Shown: in pieces, positions 1 to 8,836 of the stretch
How positions within the stretch are numbered: the first letter of the stretch is position 1
Layout of the letters: each line of letters opens with the position of its first letter
Source: an uncultured Gammaproteobacteria bacterium
GTDB taxonomy: Bacteria; Patescibacteriota; Patescibacteriia; 2-12-FULL-60-25
Length of the DNA: 64,000 nt
Direction of reading: 5' to 3'
Assembly (NCBI GenBank): GCA_964521235.1
Contig: CAZFRH010000002.1
Coordinates: 10,025-74,024 of the forward strand
Translations under genes and position numbers: made by a program
Notes under the pieces: model-generated
Database searches by the model: none
What the model was told of the DNA's origin: nothing
Seen by the model: only the letters and a program-made list of their open reading frames with translations

Positions 1-536
1 CGAAGTTTTTGCATGAAGCTCGTGAGGATGCCCGGTTGCAGGACGAATTGGGTGATCAGGTTACCTGCTCCAGCAGCCGTTTTGGCTCGGAGCGCGGCCA
101 AATCATCCCGGTCATCCTGCGATTCCGGATGGCGCTCGGGATAACAGGCAGCGCTGATGTTCAGGTCAGGCGCGATTTCCCGCAGCCCGGCGACCAGATG
201 TGATCCCGTGGGGAAGGGTTCTCCTGCTTCTGCCGATCCATCGCCGCGGATGGCGACCACGGACGTGAGCTCAGAGCGTTTGAGTAGGGCGACCGTTTCT
301 TTCAGGTCTGCCCATCCGTGGCCGCGTCCGGTCAGGTGGGGTGCCGTTGGCCAGCCGAAGTGCTGCTGGATGTCGCGGGCGAGCTCAATGGTTGGGACGG
401 GTCCCATCCGCCGTTTGCTGCAGGTGACCGACGCCCAGGCGATCGGATATGCTTCCGCATAGCTGGCCAAGGTCTGCATGAGCCGTTCCCGTCTAGCGGG
501 GGATTCTTCAGGGTAGACTTCGACGGAGTACCGCAT
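1..536 (-). CDS. metF: 5,10-methylenetetrahydrofolate reductase, N-terminal ~178 codons; the 3' end runs off the window
   Basis: Manual minus-strand translation from ATG 536..534 (AAGGAG just upstream) gives MRYSVEVYPEESP..ASVTCS..PHLTGRG..VVAIRGDG..CYPERHPES..AGAGNLITQF. The frame stays open to position 1. It is absent from the ORF track because no stop lies in the window. Confidence 0.75.
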   Translation of the reverse strand, partial: MRYSVEVYPEESPARRERLMQTLASYAEAYPIAWASVTCSKRRMGPVPTIELARDIQQHFGWPTAPHLTGRGHGWADLKETVALLKRSELTSVVAIRGDGSAEAGEPFPTGSHLVAGLREIAPDLNISAACYPERHPESQDDRDDLAALRAKTAAGAGNLITQFVLQPGILTSFMQKL

Positions 537-568
537 GGCCTCTCCTTAACATGTGAAGGTGCACACCG

Positions 569-601
569 CAAAACCAAACACCCATCCGGGAAAGGATGGG
601 G
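569..601 (-). terminator. Intrinsic terminator forming the expression platform of the metF riboswitch
   Basis: The minus strand reads CCCAUCC-UUUCCC-GGAUGGG followed by UGUUUGGUUUU. It sits between the aptamer and the metF RBS. Confidence 0.6.
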
Positions 602-625
602 TCGCTTGGATCGTTGGATCATGGG

Positions 626-738
626 CCATCTTTCCCCGTGAGGGGCCGAAGGTAGCACCCAACTGAATGGGTTGCTGGATCGGTTTGACGGGTCGGTACC
701 CGTGTACGCCAGGGCGTACTCCCAATCTCTCTTGATGG
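626..738 (-). promoter_or_regulatory. SAM-I (S-box)-like riboswitch aptamer upstream of metF
   Basis: Minus strand: CCAUCAAGAGAG...CAGCAACC-CAUUCAGUUG-GGUGCUACC..CCCCUCACGGGGAAAGAUGG. P1 is CCAUC/GAUGG. AUCAAGAGAG, GCAACC..GGUGC and GAAAGAUG match the S-box core as recalled from the T. tengcongensis metF element. The P2 region is enlarged. Confidence 0.7.
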
Positions 739-765
739 TCTTTAGTTGTGAGGTTCTTTTGTACT

Positions 766-2634
766 TTAGGCGGCTGGTGCGGAGGCGTCAAGCGCAGCTT
801 TTTTGGTGTGCTTCTCGTTCTTCGCTTCAAAGCCGACGATCTTGGGGAACTCGTCGCGTTCGAGGGTTTCTTTTTCGATCAGGTGCTTGGCCACGCGGTC
901 CATGGCTTCGCGTTGTTCGTTCACCACGCGCATGGCGGTCGCGAGCGCTTCCTTGATCAAGCGGTCGATTTCTTTGTCGATCAGCTCGGCGCGGGATTCG
1001 GAGTAGTCGCGGTTCTCGTGGATGTCGCGGCCAAGGAAGATCATGTCTTCTTGTTCGCCGTAGACGCGGGGGCCGAGCTCGTCGGACATGCCCCACTGCG
1101 TGACCATGTTGCGGGCGAGTTTGGTCACCTGTTGCATGTCGCTGGACGCGCCGGTCGTCAGGTCGCCAAAGAAGGTCTTTTCTGCGGCGTAGCCACCAAG
1201 CATGATCGCGAGGTCCTCCACGTATTCCGTACGCGTCCGCATGTGGCGGTCTTCGGTCGGGAGCTTGATGGTGTAGCCGGCGGCGCGGCCGCGGCTCACG
1301 ATCGAGACTTTTTGCACCGGGTCAGCGTGCGGCATGACGTGCGTCACGATGGCGTGACCAGCCTCATGGTAGGCAGTGATCTTACGTTCTTCGTCGTTCA
1401 TCATGTGGCTGCGGCGTTCTGGGCCGAGCATGACCTTTTCGATGGATTCGAGGAGTTCTGTCATGCCAACCTCTTTTTTGTCGCGGCGGGCTGCCAAGAT
1501 TGCGGCTTCGTTCATCAGGTTCATGAGGTCAGCCCCAGAAAAGCCGGGGGTTCGTTCTGCCAAACGGCGCAAACTCACATCGGAAGCCAGCGGCTTGTTC
1601 TTGGCGTGGATGCCCAAGATCTCTTCGCGGTCGCGGATGTCCGGCGGGTCCAGGATTACGCGGCGGTCAAAGCGGCCCGGGCGGAGCAGCGCTGGGTCGA
1701 GGACGTCCGCGCGGTTGGTCGCGGCGATCACGATCACGCCCAAGTTCGGCTCAAAGCCGTCCATCTCAACCAGGATTTGGTTCAGGGTCTGCTCGCGTTC
1801 GTCGTGTGAGCCGCCGAGGCCTGTGCCACGCTGGCGACCGACCGCGTCAATTTCATCAATAAAGACGATGCACGGCGCTTGCTTTTTTGCTTTGGTGAAC
1901 AGGTCGCGGACGCGTGAGGCGCCGACACCGACGAACATCTCAACGAATTCTGAACCGCTGATGTGCAAGAAGGGGACGTCTGCTTCACCGGCAACGGCGC
2001 GGGCGAGGAGCGTCTTTCCGGTCCCTGGGCTTCCCATGAGCAGGACGCCTTTCGGGATCTTGGCGCCAAGCGTCGAGAATTTTTCTGGTTGCTTCAGGAA
2101 CTCCACGACTTCTGACAGCTCTGTCTTCGCTTCACGAACACCAGCCACGTCGGCAAAGGTGACTTTGTCTTTGCTGTCGCGGTTGGTCTCGCGAGCGGAG
2201 GATTGGCCAAACATGAGGGCGCGGTTGTTCTGCCCCTGCACCTGGCGGAAGAAGAACAGCATGAGGACGAACAGGAGCGCGACCGGCAGGATAGCCGGGA
2301 GCAGGACGCCACCCCAATAGCCAATGCCAGAGGTTTCTTTGACGGTCACTTTAATGGTGCGGGCACGCTCTGCATCAACCCCGTAGTTGTTGAGCAGTTC
2401 GGAAAAGGATTCGTTCGATTCTTTTGCGATTTCCGCCTTTGTCCCGTCCGTGAACGTGGCGAGCAGGGTGCGGCTTTGGACTTCGACCTCTGCCACGTCA
2501 CCAGCCTGCACACGCGAGACGAGCGTCCCGACATCCAAGGTCGGCGTCTTGTCGAGGGAGATGGTCGAGAGGGCAACCCCAACCAACACCACGGCTCCGA
2601 TGATGAGGAGAATGTTGCGCCAGGTTGCGTTCAT
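766..2634 (-). CDS. ftsH: ATP-dependent zinc metalloprotease FtsH
   Basis: 622 aa with an N-terminal TM segment, Walker [14 protein letters not shown], an AAA+ core and the zinc motif HEAGHA. Confidence 0.97.
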   Translation of the reverse strand: MNATWRNILLIIGAVVLVGVALSTISLDKTPTLDVGTLVSRVQAGDVAEVEVQSRTLLATFTDGTKAEIAKESNESFSELLNNYGVDAERARTIKVTVKETSGIGYWGGVLLPAILPVALLFVLMLFFFRQVQGQNNRALMFGQSSARETNRDSKDKVTFADVAGVREAKTELSEVVEFLKQPEKFSTLGAKIPKGVLLMGSPGTGKTLLARAVAGEADVPFLHISGSEFVEMFVGVGASRVRDLFTKAKKQAPCIVFIDEIDAVGRQRGTGLGGSHDEREQTLNQILVEMDGFEPNLGVIVIAATNRADVLDPALLRPGRFDRRVILDPPDIRDREEILGIHAKNKPLASDVSLRRLAERTPGFSGADLMNLMNEAAILAARRDKKEVGMTELLESIEKVMLGPERRSHMMNDEERKITAYHEAGHAIVTHVMPHADPVQKVSIVSRGRAAGYTIKLPTEDRHMRTRTEYVEDLAIMLGGYAAEKTFFGDLTTGASSDMQQVTKLARNMVTQWGMSDELGPRVYGEQEDMIFLGRDIHENRDYSESRAELIDKEIDRLIKEALATAMRVVNEQREAMDRVAKHLIEKETLERDEFPKIVGFEAKNEKHTKKAALDASAPAA

Positions 2635-2643
2635 AGGTTTTGG

Positions 2644-3768
2644 TTAGGCGGTTGTGGTTGCAGTTTCTTCTTCCTTCTTTTCGTCTTTTTCTTCTTTGGC
2701 TTTGCGGAGGGACAGGCCGAGGCGATGGCTCTCCGGGTCAATCGAGATGATGCGGAAATCAAATTCATCACCGATGCGTGCCACTTCGTTCACGTCCTTC
2801 ACCGGTTTTGTCCCGAGTTCGCTCACGTGGGCCAAGCCATGGATGTCCGGGTCGAGCTCAACGAACAGGCCAAACGGGTTGATCTTGAGGACGCGTCCTT
2901 TGACCCACTGGCCGACGTTGTATTTGCTCGCGACACTCTTCCATGGGTCGTCCACCAGCTTTTTCATACTCAAGAAGATCTTGGACCCTTCGATGTTGAT
3001 GATTTCGGCACGCACGTGGTCACCGACCTTCAAGACATCGCGAGGGTGGTCAATGCGCTGCCAGGCGATTTCGGAGATGTGGACGAGACCTTCCAAGTTG
3101 TCGTCAAAGCGGACAAAGGCCCCGAAATCGGTCACGGCGGTGACATCGCCTTCGACGGCGCTGCCAACCTTATATTTGGCGATGACCGCTTCTTGCTTGG
3201 TTTCCCAGACAGCCTTTTCGGACACAACGACTTTTTCTTCCTCTTCGTTCACGTCGAGGATTTTGACGTCCACGGTTTCGCCGACGAGCGTCTTCAGCTT
3301 CTCCAGAATCTTATTCTTTTCACCGCCGGCGACGCGCGGGTAGTGGTTCGGGGAGAGCTGGGAGACGGGCACGAAGGCAGGCACGCCTTCGACACGCGTG
3401 ATGAGGCCGCCCTTGTTGGCGTCCAAAATCTTGGCTTGGAGCACGACGCCCTGGGTGTAGAGCTCGCGGATGCGTTCCCAAGAGCGGCGGCGTCCGGCGC
3501 CTTTTAAGCTGAGCTCGAGTTCGCCGAATTCGTTATCCAGATCAATAACTGAGGCCTCGATTTCGTCGCCGAGGCGGAGGTCCAGGTGCTTGTCGAGTTC
3601 CGGGCCGCGGATGAGCCCGATGGCCAGGCCGCCGATGTCGACGCGGATCTCGTTGCGGCCGACGGCAATGACCGTGCCTTTGACCAGGTCTCCAACGACC
3701 GGGTACGCGTGATACGCCGGGTTCTCAAGGAGGGCGGCGATGGCTGAGGAGGGGGCTTGTTCTGACAT
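2644..3768 (-). CDS. rpsA: 30S ribosomal protein S1-like protein with four S1 RNA-binding repeats
   Basis: 374 aa with repeated S1 OB-fold motifs (GxVxxVxxFGAFV, GLVHISE, GLAHVSE) and an acidic/Lys-rich tail. It lies 10 nt upstream of ftsH on the same strand. Confidence 0.75.
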   Translation of the reverse strand: MSEQAPSSAIAALLENPAYHAYPVVGDLVKGTVIAVGRNEIRVDIGGLAIGLIRGPELDKHLDLRLGDEIEASVIDLDNEFGELELSLKGAGRRRSWERIRELYTQGVVLQAKILDANKGGLITRVEGVPAFVPVSQLSPNHYPRVAGGEKNKILEKLKTLVGETVDVKILDVNEEEEKVVVSEKAVWETKQEAVIAKYKVGSAVEGDVTAVTDFGAFVRFDDNLEGLVHISEIAWQRIDHPRDVLKVGDHVRAEIINIEGSKIFLSMKKLVDDPWKSVASKYNVGQWVKGRVLKINPFGLFVELDPDIHGLAHVSELGTKPVKDVNEVARIGDEFDFRIISIDPESHRLGLSLRKAKEEKDEKKEEETATTTA

Positions 3769-3991
3769 AGGTTGTGTGATGAACCAGGGCTCCTACCGTC
3801 GGCTTTCAGCTCCCGTCTTCCAGACAGGCTGGAGGCAGGGAGCAGAGAGCAGATGGCGGTTGGCCTTGGCCCGGATGCCGGAGGTGAAAACCCTCGGTCC
3901 ATCCGATGGGATTGAACGTATGAGGAGGGTAGCAGAATGCCGGGCATAGTCAAGGGGGCGTAACCCGCGGGAATTTGCTACACTGTGCGGC

Positions 3992-4672
3992 ATGCAGGGA
4001 GGATCGCCCGGGCGGGACCCGATCGCCATCGCGGACTTTATGGAGTCTGTCTTGGAGTTTGTCCCAGAGGCTGACCGTGAACCCTACCAAGCGTTGATTG
4101 ATGAGGTGCGCAGCGGCCAAGCCCCAGCGGTGGAGCGGCTGGCAGAAGCGGCAAAGAACCTGGCGGCCGTGACCTGGCCGGCTCGGCGTGGCCTCCAGCG
4201 TTTTTTGTCCGAGATGGGGGCGGAGATCGAGTGGGAAGCCGTGCTCGAAGCTGTGCGTCCGACGACCGCGACCTTGCTCAAGCGTCTGCGTAAACACGTA
4301 GGCGTAAAGACGCTGGATGAGACGTTGGCTGACCCACAAGCGAGTTACGCCATCCATGAGCGCGAAGAGATCGAAATTTCGATGGTGCGCCAAGAGGTCC
4401 AGGGGCATTTGTGGGAAGAGCACCAGGAGGCACTCGCCCCGTTGGTGGATGAAGCCAAGAGTGAATTGGGAGCGTTGCGCAAACGGCTCAAGCTCTTGCG
4501 CGAGCAGGCTCCGGCGATGCGTGGCCAAGAGGAGCTGGCACGCGCGAAAGTCGATGCCTTTGAAGACCGTGTCTATTTTGGTGGGGAAGCCATCCCGCTC
4601 GAAGTCTTGGACGCAGAGTTGGCTTTTGACCGCGAGGACAGGGAGATCCCGGCGACGGATGATGCGCTGTAA
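3992..4672 (+). CDS. Hypothetical protein, helical and acidic
   Basis: 226-aa ATG ORF with a GC3-rich codon pattern. The competing antisense ORF 3950..4771 is Arg/Pro-rich and looks non-coding. No family recognised. Confidence 0.55.
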   Translation: MQGGSPGRDPIAIADFMESVLEFVPEADREPYQALIDEVRSGQAPAVERLAEAAKNLAAVTWPARRGLQRFLSEMGAEIEWEAVLEAVRPTTATLLKRLRKHVGVKTLDETLADPQASYAIHEREEIEISMVRQEVQGHLWEEHQEALAPLVDEAKSELGALRKRLKLLREQAPAMRGQEELARAKVDAFEDRVYFGGEAIPLEVLDAELAFDREDREIPATDDAL

Positions 4673-4678
4673 ATTTTC

Positions 4679-4768
4679 TGTCATCCCGAGCGGAGCAGCT
4701 GCGAAGCCGAGGGATCTCTTCGAAGGGATTCCTCCGCTCGTCGCAGAGCCTCCTCGGTCGGAATGACA
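4679..4768. repeat. MITE-like palindromic repeat, variant A
   Basis: TGTCATCCCGAGCGG....CCGACCGGAATGACA with terminal inverted repeats. Its left half recurs inverted at 53804..53847. Confidence 0.8.
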
Positions 4769-4772
4769 CAAG

Positions 4773-4807
4773 AAACGCTCCCCACATTGGGGAGCGTTTC
4801 CTTTTTG
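4773..4807 (+). terminator. Intrinsic terminator between convergent genes
   Basis: AAACGCTCCCC-ACATT-GGGGAGCGTTT followed by CCTTTTTG. It belongs to the same hairpin family as 21833 and 22875. Confidence 0.8.
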
Positions 4808-4817
4808 TTACGTGATC

Positions 4818-7703
4818 TTATTTCCGGCGGATGCCTTGGACACCGGCCCAGGTGGCGATGCCGCTGCGGTCGATCAGTTTGGCGTCGATTTCCAAGCGGT
4901 CCGTTGACAGGGTTTGGCTTTGCCAAGAGCACATGTCGCTGGAGCAGGTGGCGACGCGGGCGCCGTTTACCCAGAGCTCGAGGCGGTCGGTGCCGCTCGG
5001 CGACCAGCCGCGGGCGGTGACCGTCACGCGTTCACCGTTTACGAAACCGGCGGCGTGGTCCGTCGTGACCTGCACGTAGGGCCCTGGTTCTGGGACGGCT
5101 TCCCAGGTGCGCTTGACGCGCACGCGGTGCACCGGGGTCCAGATGACCATGCCGTTTTGGTCGGTCACGCGGGCGCTGACCGCAACGGATTCGCCATGGC
5201 TCCATTCACGCGCGCTCAAGATGCCAGCGCATTCGAGCGTGCCGGCTCCCGTCCCGCCACAGGAGCGGAGGGTGCGGCCGTTGGCGATGACTTCAACCAT
5301 GCGGATCCCTTGCGGGGACCAGGCGCCGACGCTGTACGTCTGCGTCTGCCCATCCCAAAGTTCTGCGGATGACGGGCTTACCCAGTGCCACGCGGAGAAG
5401 GATCCGTCCGTGGTCGGGGTCGGGGTGACATAGGTCGTGCCGCGCACGGTTACGGACTTAGCGTTGCTCCAGGCGTCGCGGCCATAGTTGTCGATGGCGT
5501 GGGCCATGAAGGTCAGGACCGTACCTTCGGCGATGCTGGCCGTATCCACGACGTGGTCGCAGGTAACTTGGCTGACCGCGGCTCCGAACACGCACTTGCG
5601 TACGATGGCACCGTTCAAGACCAATTCAACGCGGTCCAGGCCGAGCGTGTTGTTTTGTGAGAGCGAGCGGAAGGTGATGACCTTACCGCGTGCCACATCC
5701 GTCACGTTCGGTTCAACGCTGGCCGTGGACTGGAAGACCGGGCCCGTCGTCGCTGGTGTGCTCACGATGACCGTGGGCGTCACAACGACCGGGGCAGCTG
5801 GGCGTTGGACGCGCACAGGGCTGGTCCAGGCGTTCTTGCCGGAAGCGTCAAAGATGTTGGCGTTGGCAAAGATTTCCGTACCCACCGGGTAGTTCGCGCT
5901 ATCGAGCACGAAGCTACAGATACGCGTGTCCTTTTCTTTGTTGAACGTACACGTCTTGGTAGCAGACGCGCTGTTCACGTAGAGCTCGATCTTGGCGAGG
6001 CCGTTTGCGTCGCGGGCGCTGACGTTGAGCGTCGCACGCGTCCCGGCTTGGAGCGCGGTTGTGCTCGGTTCCGTCCAGATGGACCAGGTGATGCCGGACG
6101 CGGCGTCATAGGTCTCCTTGGTGTTTTGTGGTTGTGAGGCTGGCTTTTGGTCGTAGGTGTTCGCGACCGGGTACGCGCTACGATTGTCGGACATGTCGAC
6201 GGTGAGTGTCACGGTCGCGCTGTCGTTGCCGTAGCCGTTTTTGTCGACACCGCGGGCAAAGAATGTGACGGTCTTGGTCGGCGTGCCGTTGGTCCAGTAG
6301 GTCTGGGCGTATTCACAGGCGCTGGCAAAACAGGTCTTCACGCGCGTGCCGTGGACGTAGATGTCCACACGGTCAATGCCGTCAGCGTCCTTGGCTTCAG
6401 CCTTAAAGACGAACGCTTTGCCGTTGCCGATCTTGCCGTCGGTCGGGATGCCGGAGACGGTGACGGTCGGGCCCATGGTTTTGGACAAGATTTCTTTGAC
6501 GAGGTTCGTGACGACCGGGACTTGAGCCGCATCAGTCGTGCGGGACAGGTCTTCGGTCACAGTCACGAGCTTGGCCATGAGCGGGGACGACGCAAACATG
6601 CTGCCGGTTTCTGACACGGCGCCACCGAGCACGATCGTGCCGTTACCATCAGAAGAGATGGTGTGGAACAGGTCGCGGGTCGGGACTTCTTTGGCCATGG
6701 TCGTGCCGTCAAAACGCACGAGCGTCTTGCCGAAGACGATCATCCAAGAGCGGCCGGTCCAGGTGGCTTTTACCTCGCGCGCATCCACAGAAAGCAATCC
6801 GACGGACGCGGCTTGGGAGCCTACGTTTTTCATGGTCGTCCCATCGAACACCCAATAGGCGTCGGCAGCGTAGGGATTGGTGACGGCGCGGCTGGTGGCG
6901 ATCAAGATGCCAGAATCACTCTGCCAGATGCCGCTCACAAATTTGAACTCGGGAAGGTTTGCGATAGCGACGGCGTTCGTCCCATCGAGGCGCCAGATCA
7001 TGCCCTTGGCCGCCTGCAACACGCGGTTGTCAGACGTGCGGCTCTCTGCCGAGCCACCGATGAGGTACCAAGCGCCGTTCGCAAAGACGGGCGCGCCAAT
7101 ACCGGTGCACACCGTGGCGCCGCCTTCGTTCAAACAGCCTGGAGCCAGGTTTGAGAACCCGGACGGCAGGCTCACGGTCGCGGCGTTTTGCGTACCGCTC
7201 ATCCAACGGGAGAGGGTTTGCGTCTTCGGTGCACCGACACGGCCGCGCGTCCAAGCGCGGGCGTACCAGACACCGTCAGCACCGGAGACGTCCAAACCAC
7301 CTTCGCTGTTGCGGAAGGCGCCGGAGACATCCAGCCACTGCGAGCCGGACACGAGCCAGGCACCGCTGTCAGAGCGGCTCACGTCGCGGGTGGTGATGAG
7401 CCAGGACTGTCCATCGGAAGCGAGGGACGAGATGCCCATGATCCCGCGGTTGCGGGCGTCCTTGGTCAGGTCAATGACCGAGCGGCCATCGAACTGCATG
7501 AGGTGGGAGCCGTCAGACATGAGCCAGGAACCCTGGCGTTCTGAAAGCTGCGTGACGGACACGCCGTCGCGGTACGGGAGGAGGACAGACTGGTCCTTCC
7601 AGGTCCACGCGTCGGTGGTTGCGGTGGCGGGAATCGCGACGGCAACGATCAGCGCGGCCAGCAAGCTGGTCAGCGCAAGGGGGAAACGGAGTTTAGCCAA
7701 CAT
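4818..7703 (-). CDS. Large secreted protein with an N-terminal propeller-like region and five Ig-like repeats
   Basis: 961 aa with signal peptide MLAKLRFPLALTSLLAALIVAVAIPATA. Five ~100-aa repeats carry G[IL]xx[VIL]E[LV]xVNGxxxxxC...C. Confidence 0.85.
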   Translation of the reverse strand: MLAKLRFPLALTSLLAALIVAVAIPATATTDAWTWKDQSVLLPYRDGVSVTQLSERQGSWLMSDGSHLMQFDGRSVIDLTKDARNRGIMGISSLASDGQSWLITTRDVSRSDSGAWLVSGSQWLDVSGAFRNSEGGLDVSGADGVWYARAWTRGRVGAPKTQTLSRWMSGTQNAATVSLPSGFSNLAPGCLNEGGATVCTGIGAPVFANGAWYLIGGSAESRTSDNRVLQAAKGMIWRLDGTNAVAIANLPEFKFVSGIWQSDSGILIATSRAVTNPYAADAYWVFDGTTMKNVGSQAASVGLLSVDAREVKATWTGRSWMIVFGKTLVRFDGTTMAKEVPTRDLFHTISSDGNGTIVLGGAVSETGSMFASSPLMAKLVTVTEDLSRTTDAAQVPVVTNLVKEILSKTMGPTVTVSGIPTDGKIGNGKAFVFKAEAKDADGIDRVDIYVHGTRVKTCFASACEYAQTYWTNGTPTKTVTFFARGVDKNGYGNDSATVTLTVDMSDNRSAYPVANTYDQKPASQPQNTKETYDAASGITWSIWTEPSTTALQAGTRATLNVSARDANGLAKIELYVNSASATKTCTFNKEKDTRICSFVLDSANYPVGTEIFANANIFDASGKNAWTSPVRVQRPAAPVVVTPTVIVSTPATTGPVFQSTASVEPNVTDVARGKVITFRSLSQNNTLGLDRVELVLNGAIVRKCVFGAAVSQVTCDHVVDTASIAEGTVLTFMAHAIDNYGRDAWSNAKSVTVRGTTYVTPTPTTDGSFSAWHWVSPSSAELWDGQTQTYSVGAWSPQGIRMVEVIANGRTLRSCGGTGAGTLECAGILSAREWSHGESVAVSARVTDQNGMVIWTPVHRVRVKRTWEAVPEPGPYVQVTTDHAAGFVNGERVTVTARGWSPSGTDRLELWVNGARVATCSSDMCSWQSQTLSTDRLEIDAKLIDRSGIATWAGVQGIRRK

Positions 7704-7789
7704 AAGAGAGGAAAATGGATAAATGATCTCCCGAGTTCAAAGCTAGGAAATCATGTTTGTTTACCAAAAAATGCGGGTTTTGTCAATGT

Positions 7790-8836
7790 TCAGACCCTGA
7801 CGGATATGCGGTCCCAGATGATTTTGGCTGCCTCTGTCCAATTTTTTGGCTGGGTTTGGGTCTGAAAGTTCCATTTATGCTTTAAAATAGCAAGAATACC
7901 TTCTGCCCAAAGATGCGGTTTATGAGGTGGGGCAAATAGAGTTCCAGTCGGTGCCGTTTCGGGGAGGGAGCCGGCGGTGGAGGCGATGCAGGGCGTACCA
8001 AAAAAGGCGGCTTCGTGGAGGGGGAGGCCAAAACCTTCGTACCAACTGGGGTAGAGAAAGGCGGACGCGTGTTGCATCAAGTTTGAGAGTTCACTGTCCG
8101 TCGGCGACGGATGGACTTCGATGCCAGGTTCAGGCGTCAGTTTGCCTGGACCGATCAAGACGAGTTTTAGTTCTGGAGATGTTTTGCGGGCGATGCGCCA
8201 GGCTTGGATGGCGCAGTCAGCGTTTTTGCGGGGGTTGCCGAGGCCGAGAGCCAGCAGATAGGGAGAAGCGTCAGCAGAAGCAGAAGCAGAAGCAGAAGCG
8301 TCAGAAGCGTCAGCAAGAGTCAGCTGGGAGAGAGGTTCAATCCCCATTGGGATAACGGTGATGCGACTTCGATCAACGCCGACCAAGTTTATGAGGTCAG
8401 CTTTTGTTCGTTCGGAGACGGCGAAGAGGTGGGAGGCGTGTTTGAAAAAACGTTTTGGGCGGGCTAACGCGTGCCACCAACGGCTTTTTAGGGAGAACCA
8501 GCGAGGCTCGAGTAAAAAGGAGAGATCGTGGACGACAGCGACGTAGGGCAAGGTCGGCACGCTCGACCAGGCGAGGTTTGGAAAAAAGAGGGCGTCGGGT
8601 TTTGCGGTTGGGAACCAGCGGTCATACGACCGGCCGAGGAGCGCGCTTGCATTGATGATTTTATTCGGTAGGCGTCGGCGGAGGTGCGTGGGGGAGTCGA
8701 CCATCCCGGTCGAAGCCAGGACCAAGCTGTTTGTGTCGGCGGTTTCCGCCATGGCTTGTAGCAACCTTTCCGCGACACGCTTCACCCCACCGGACGATCG
8801 GTCGAGGAGCGGCCGCGCATCCGCGAGCAGGATCAT
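7790..8836 (-). CDS. Glycosyltransferase family 4 (GT-B)
   Basis: 348 aa with the C-terminal motif EGFGLPLHEAAFFGTPCIAS. Its start overlaps the upstream stop as ATGA. An internal ADASDASASASASADAS linker is present. Confidence 0.85.
   Translation of the reverse strand: MILLADARPLLDRSSGGVKRVAERLLQAMAETADTNSLVLASTGMVDSPTHLRRRLPNKIINASALLGRSYDRWFPTAKPDALFFPNLAWSSVPTLPYVAVVHDLSFLLEPRWFSLKSRWWHALARPKRFFKHASHLFAVSERTKADLINLVGVDRSRITVIPMGIEPLSQLTLADASDASASASASADASPYLLALGLGNPRKNADCAIQAWRIARKTSPELKLVLIGPGKLTPEPGIEVHPSPTDSELSNLMQHASAFLYPSWYEGFGLPLHEAAFFGTPCIASTAGSLPETAPTGTLFAPPHKPHLWAEGILAILKHKWNFQTQTQPKNWTEAAKIIWDRISVRV

Noticed and set aside
748-3507. Long plus-strand ORFs 748..1809, 1376..2320 and 2203..3507, antisense to ftsH and the S1 gene.
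   Set aside because: They lie opposite unmistakable conserved genes and have low-complexity, biased compositions (A/G/V/D/F-rich in 748..1809 and 2203..3507, S/R-rich in 1376..2320) typical of antisense frames in GC-rich DNA. The same applies to 59933..61192 and 60381..61040 (antisense to clpB), 16497..17309 (recQ), 61928..62866, 37118..37852 and 40203..40682.
3817-3890. Possible small SRP (4.5S) RNA on the plus strand. CCAGACAGGCUGGAGGCAGGGAGCAGAGAGCAGAUGG..GCCCGGAUG superficially resembles E. coli CCAGGUCAGGUCCGGAAGGAAGCAGCCAAGGCAGAUGA..GCCGGGAUG.
   Set aside because: The best local fold puts ACAGG in the loop of a 13-bp helix instead of a GNAR tetraloop flanked by the symmetric loop. No long complementary 5'/3' arms were found. 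A cmscan with the SRP models would settle it.
3950-4771. 273-aa minus-strand ORF overlapping 3992..4672.
   Set aside because: It is Arg/Pro/Leu-rich, runs through the MITE-like repeat and has no RBS. The plus-strand ORF has the better coding character.
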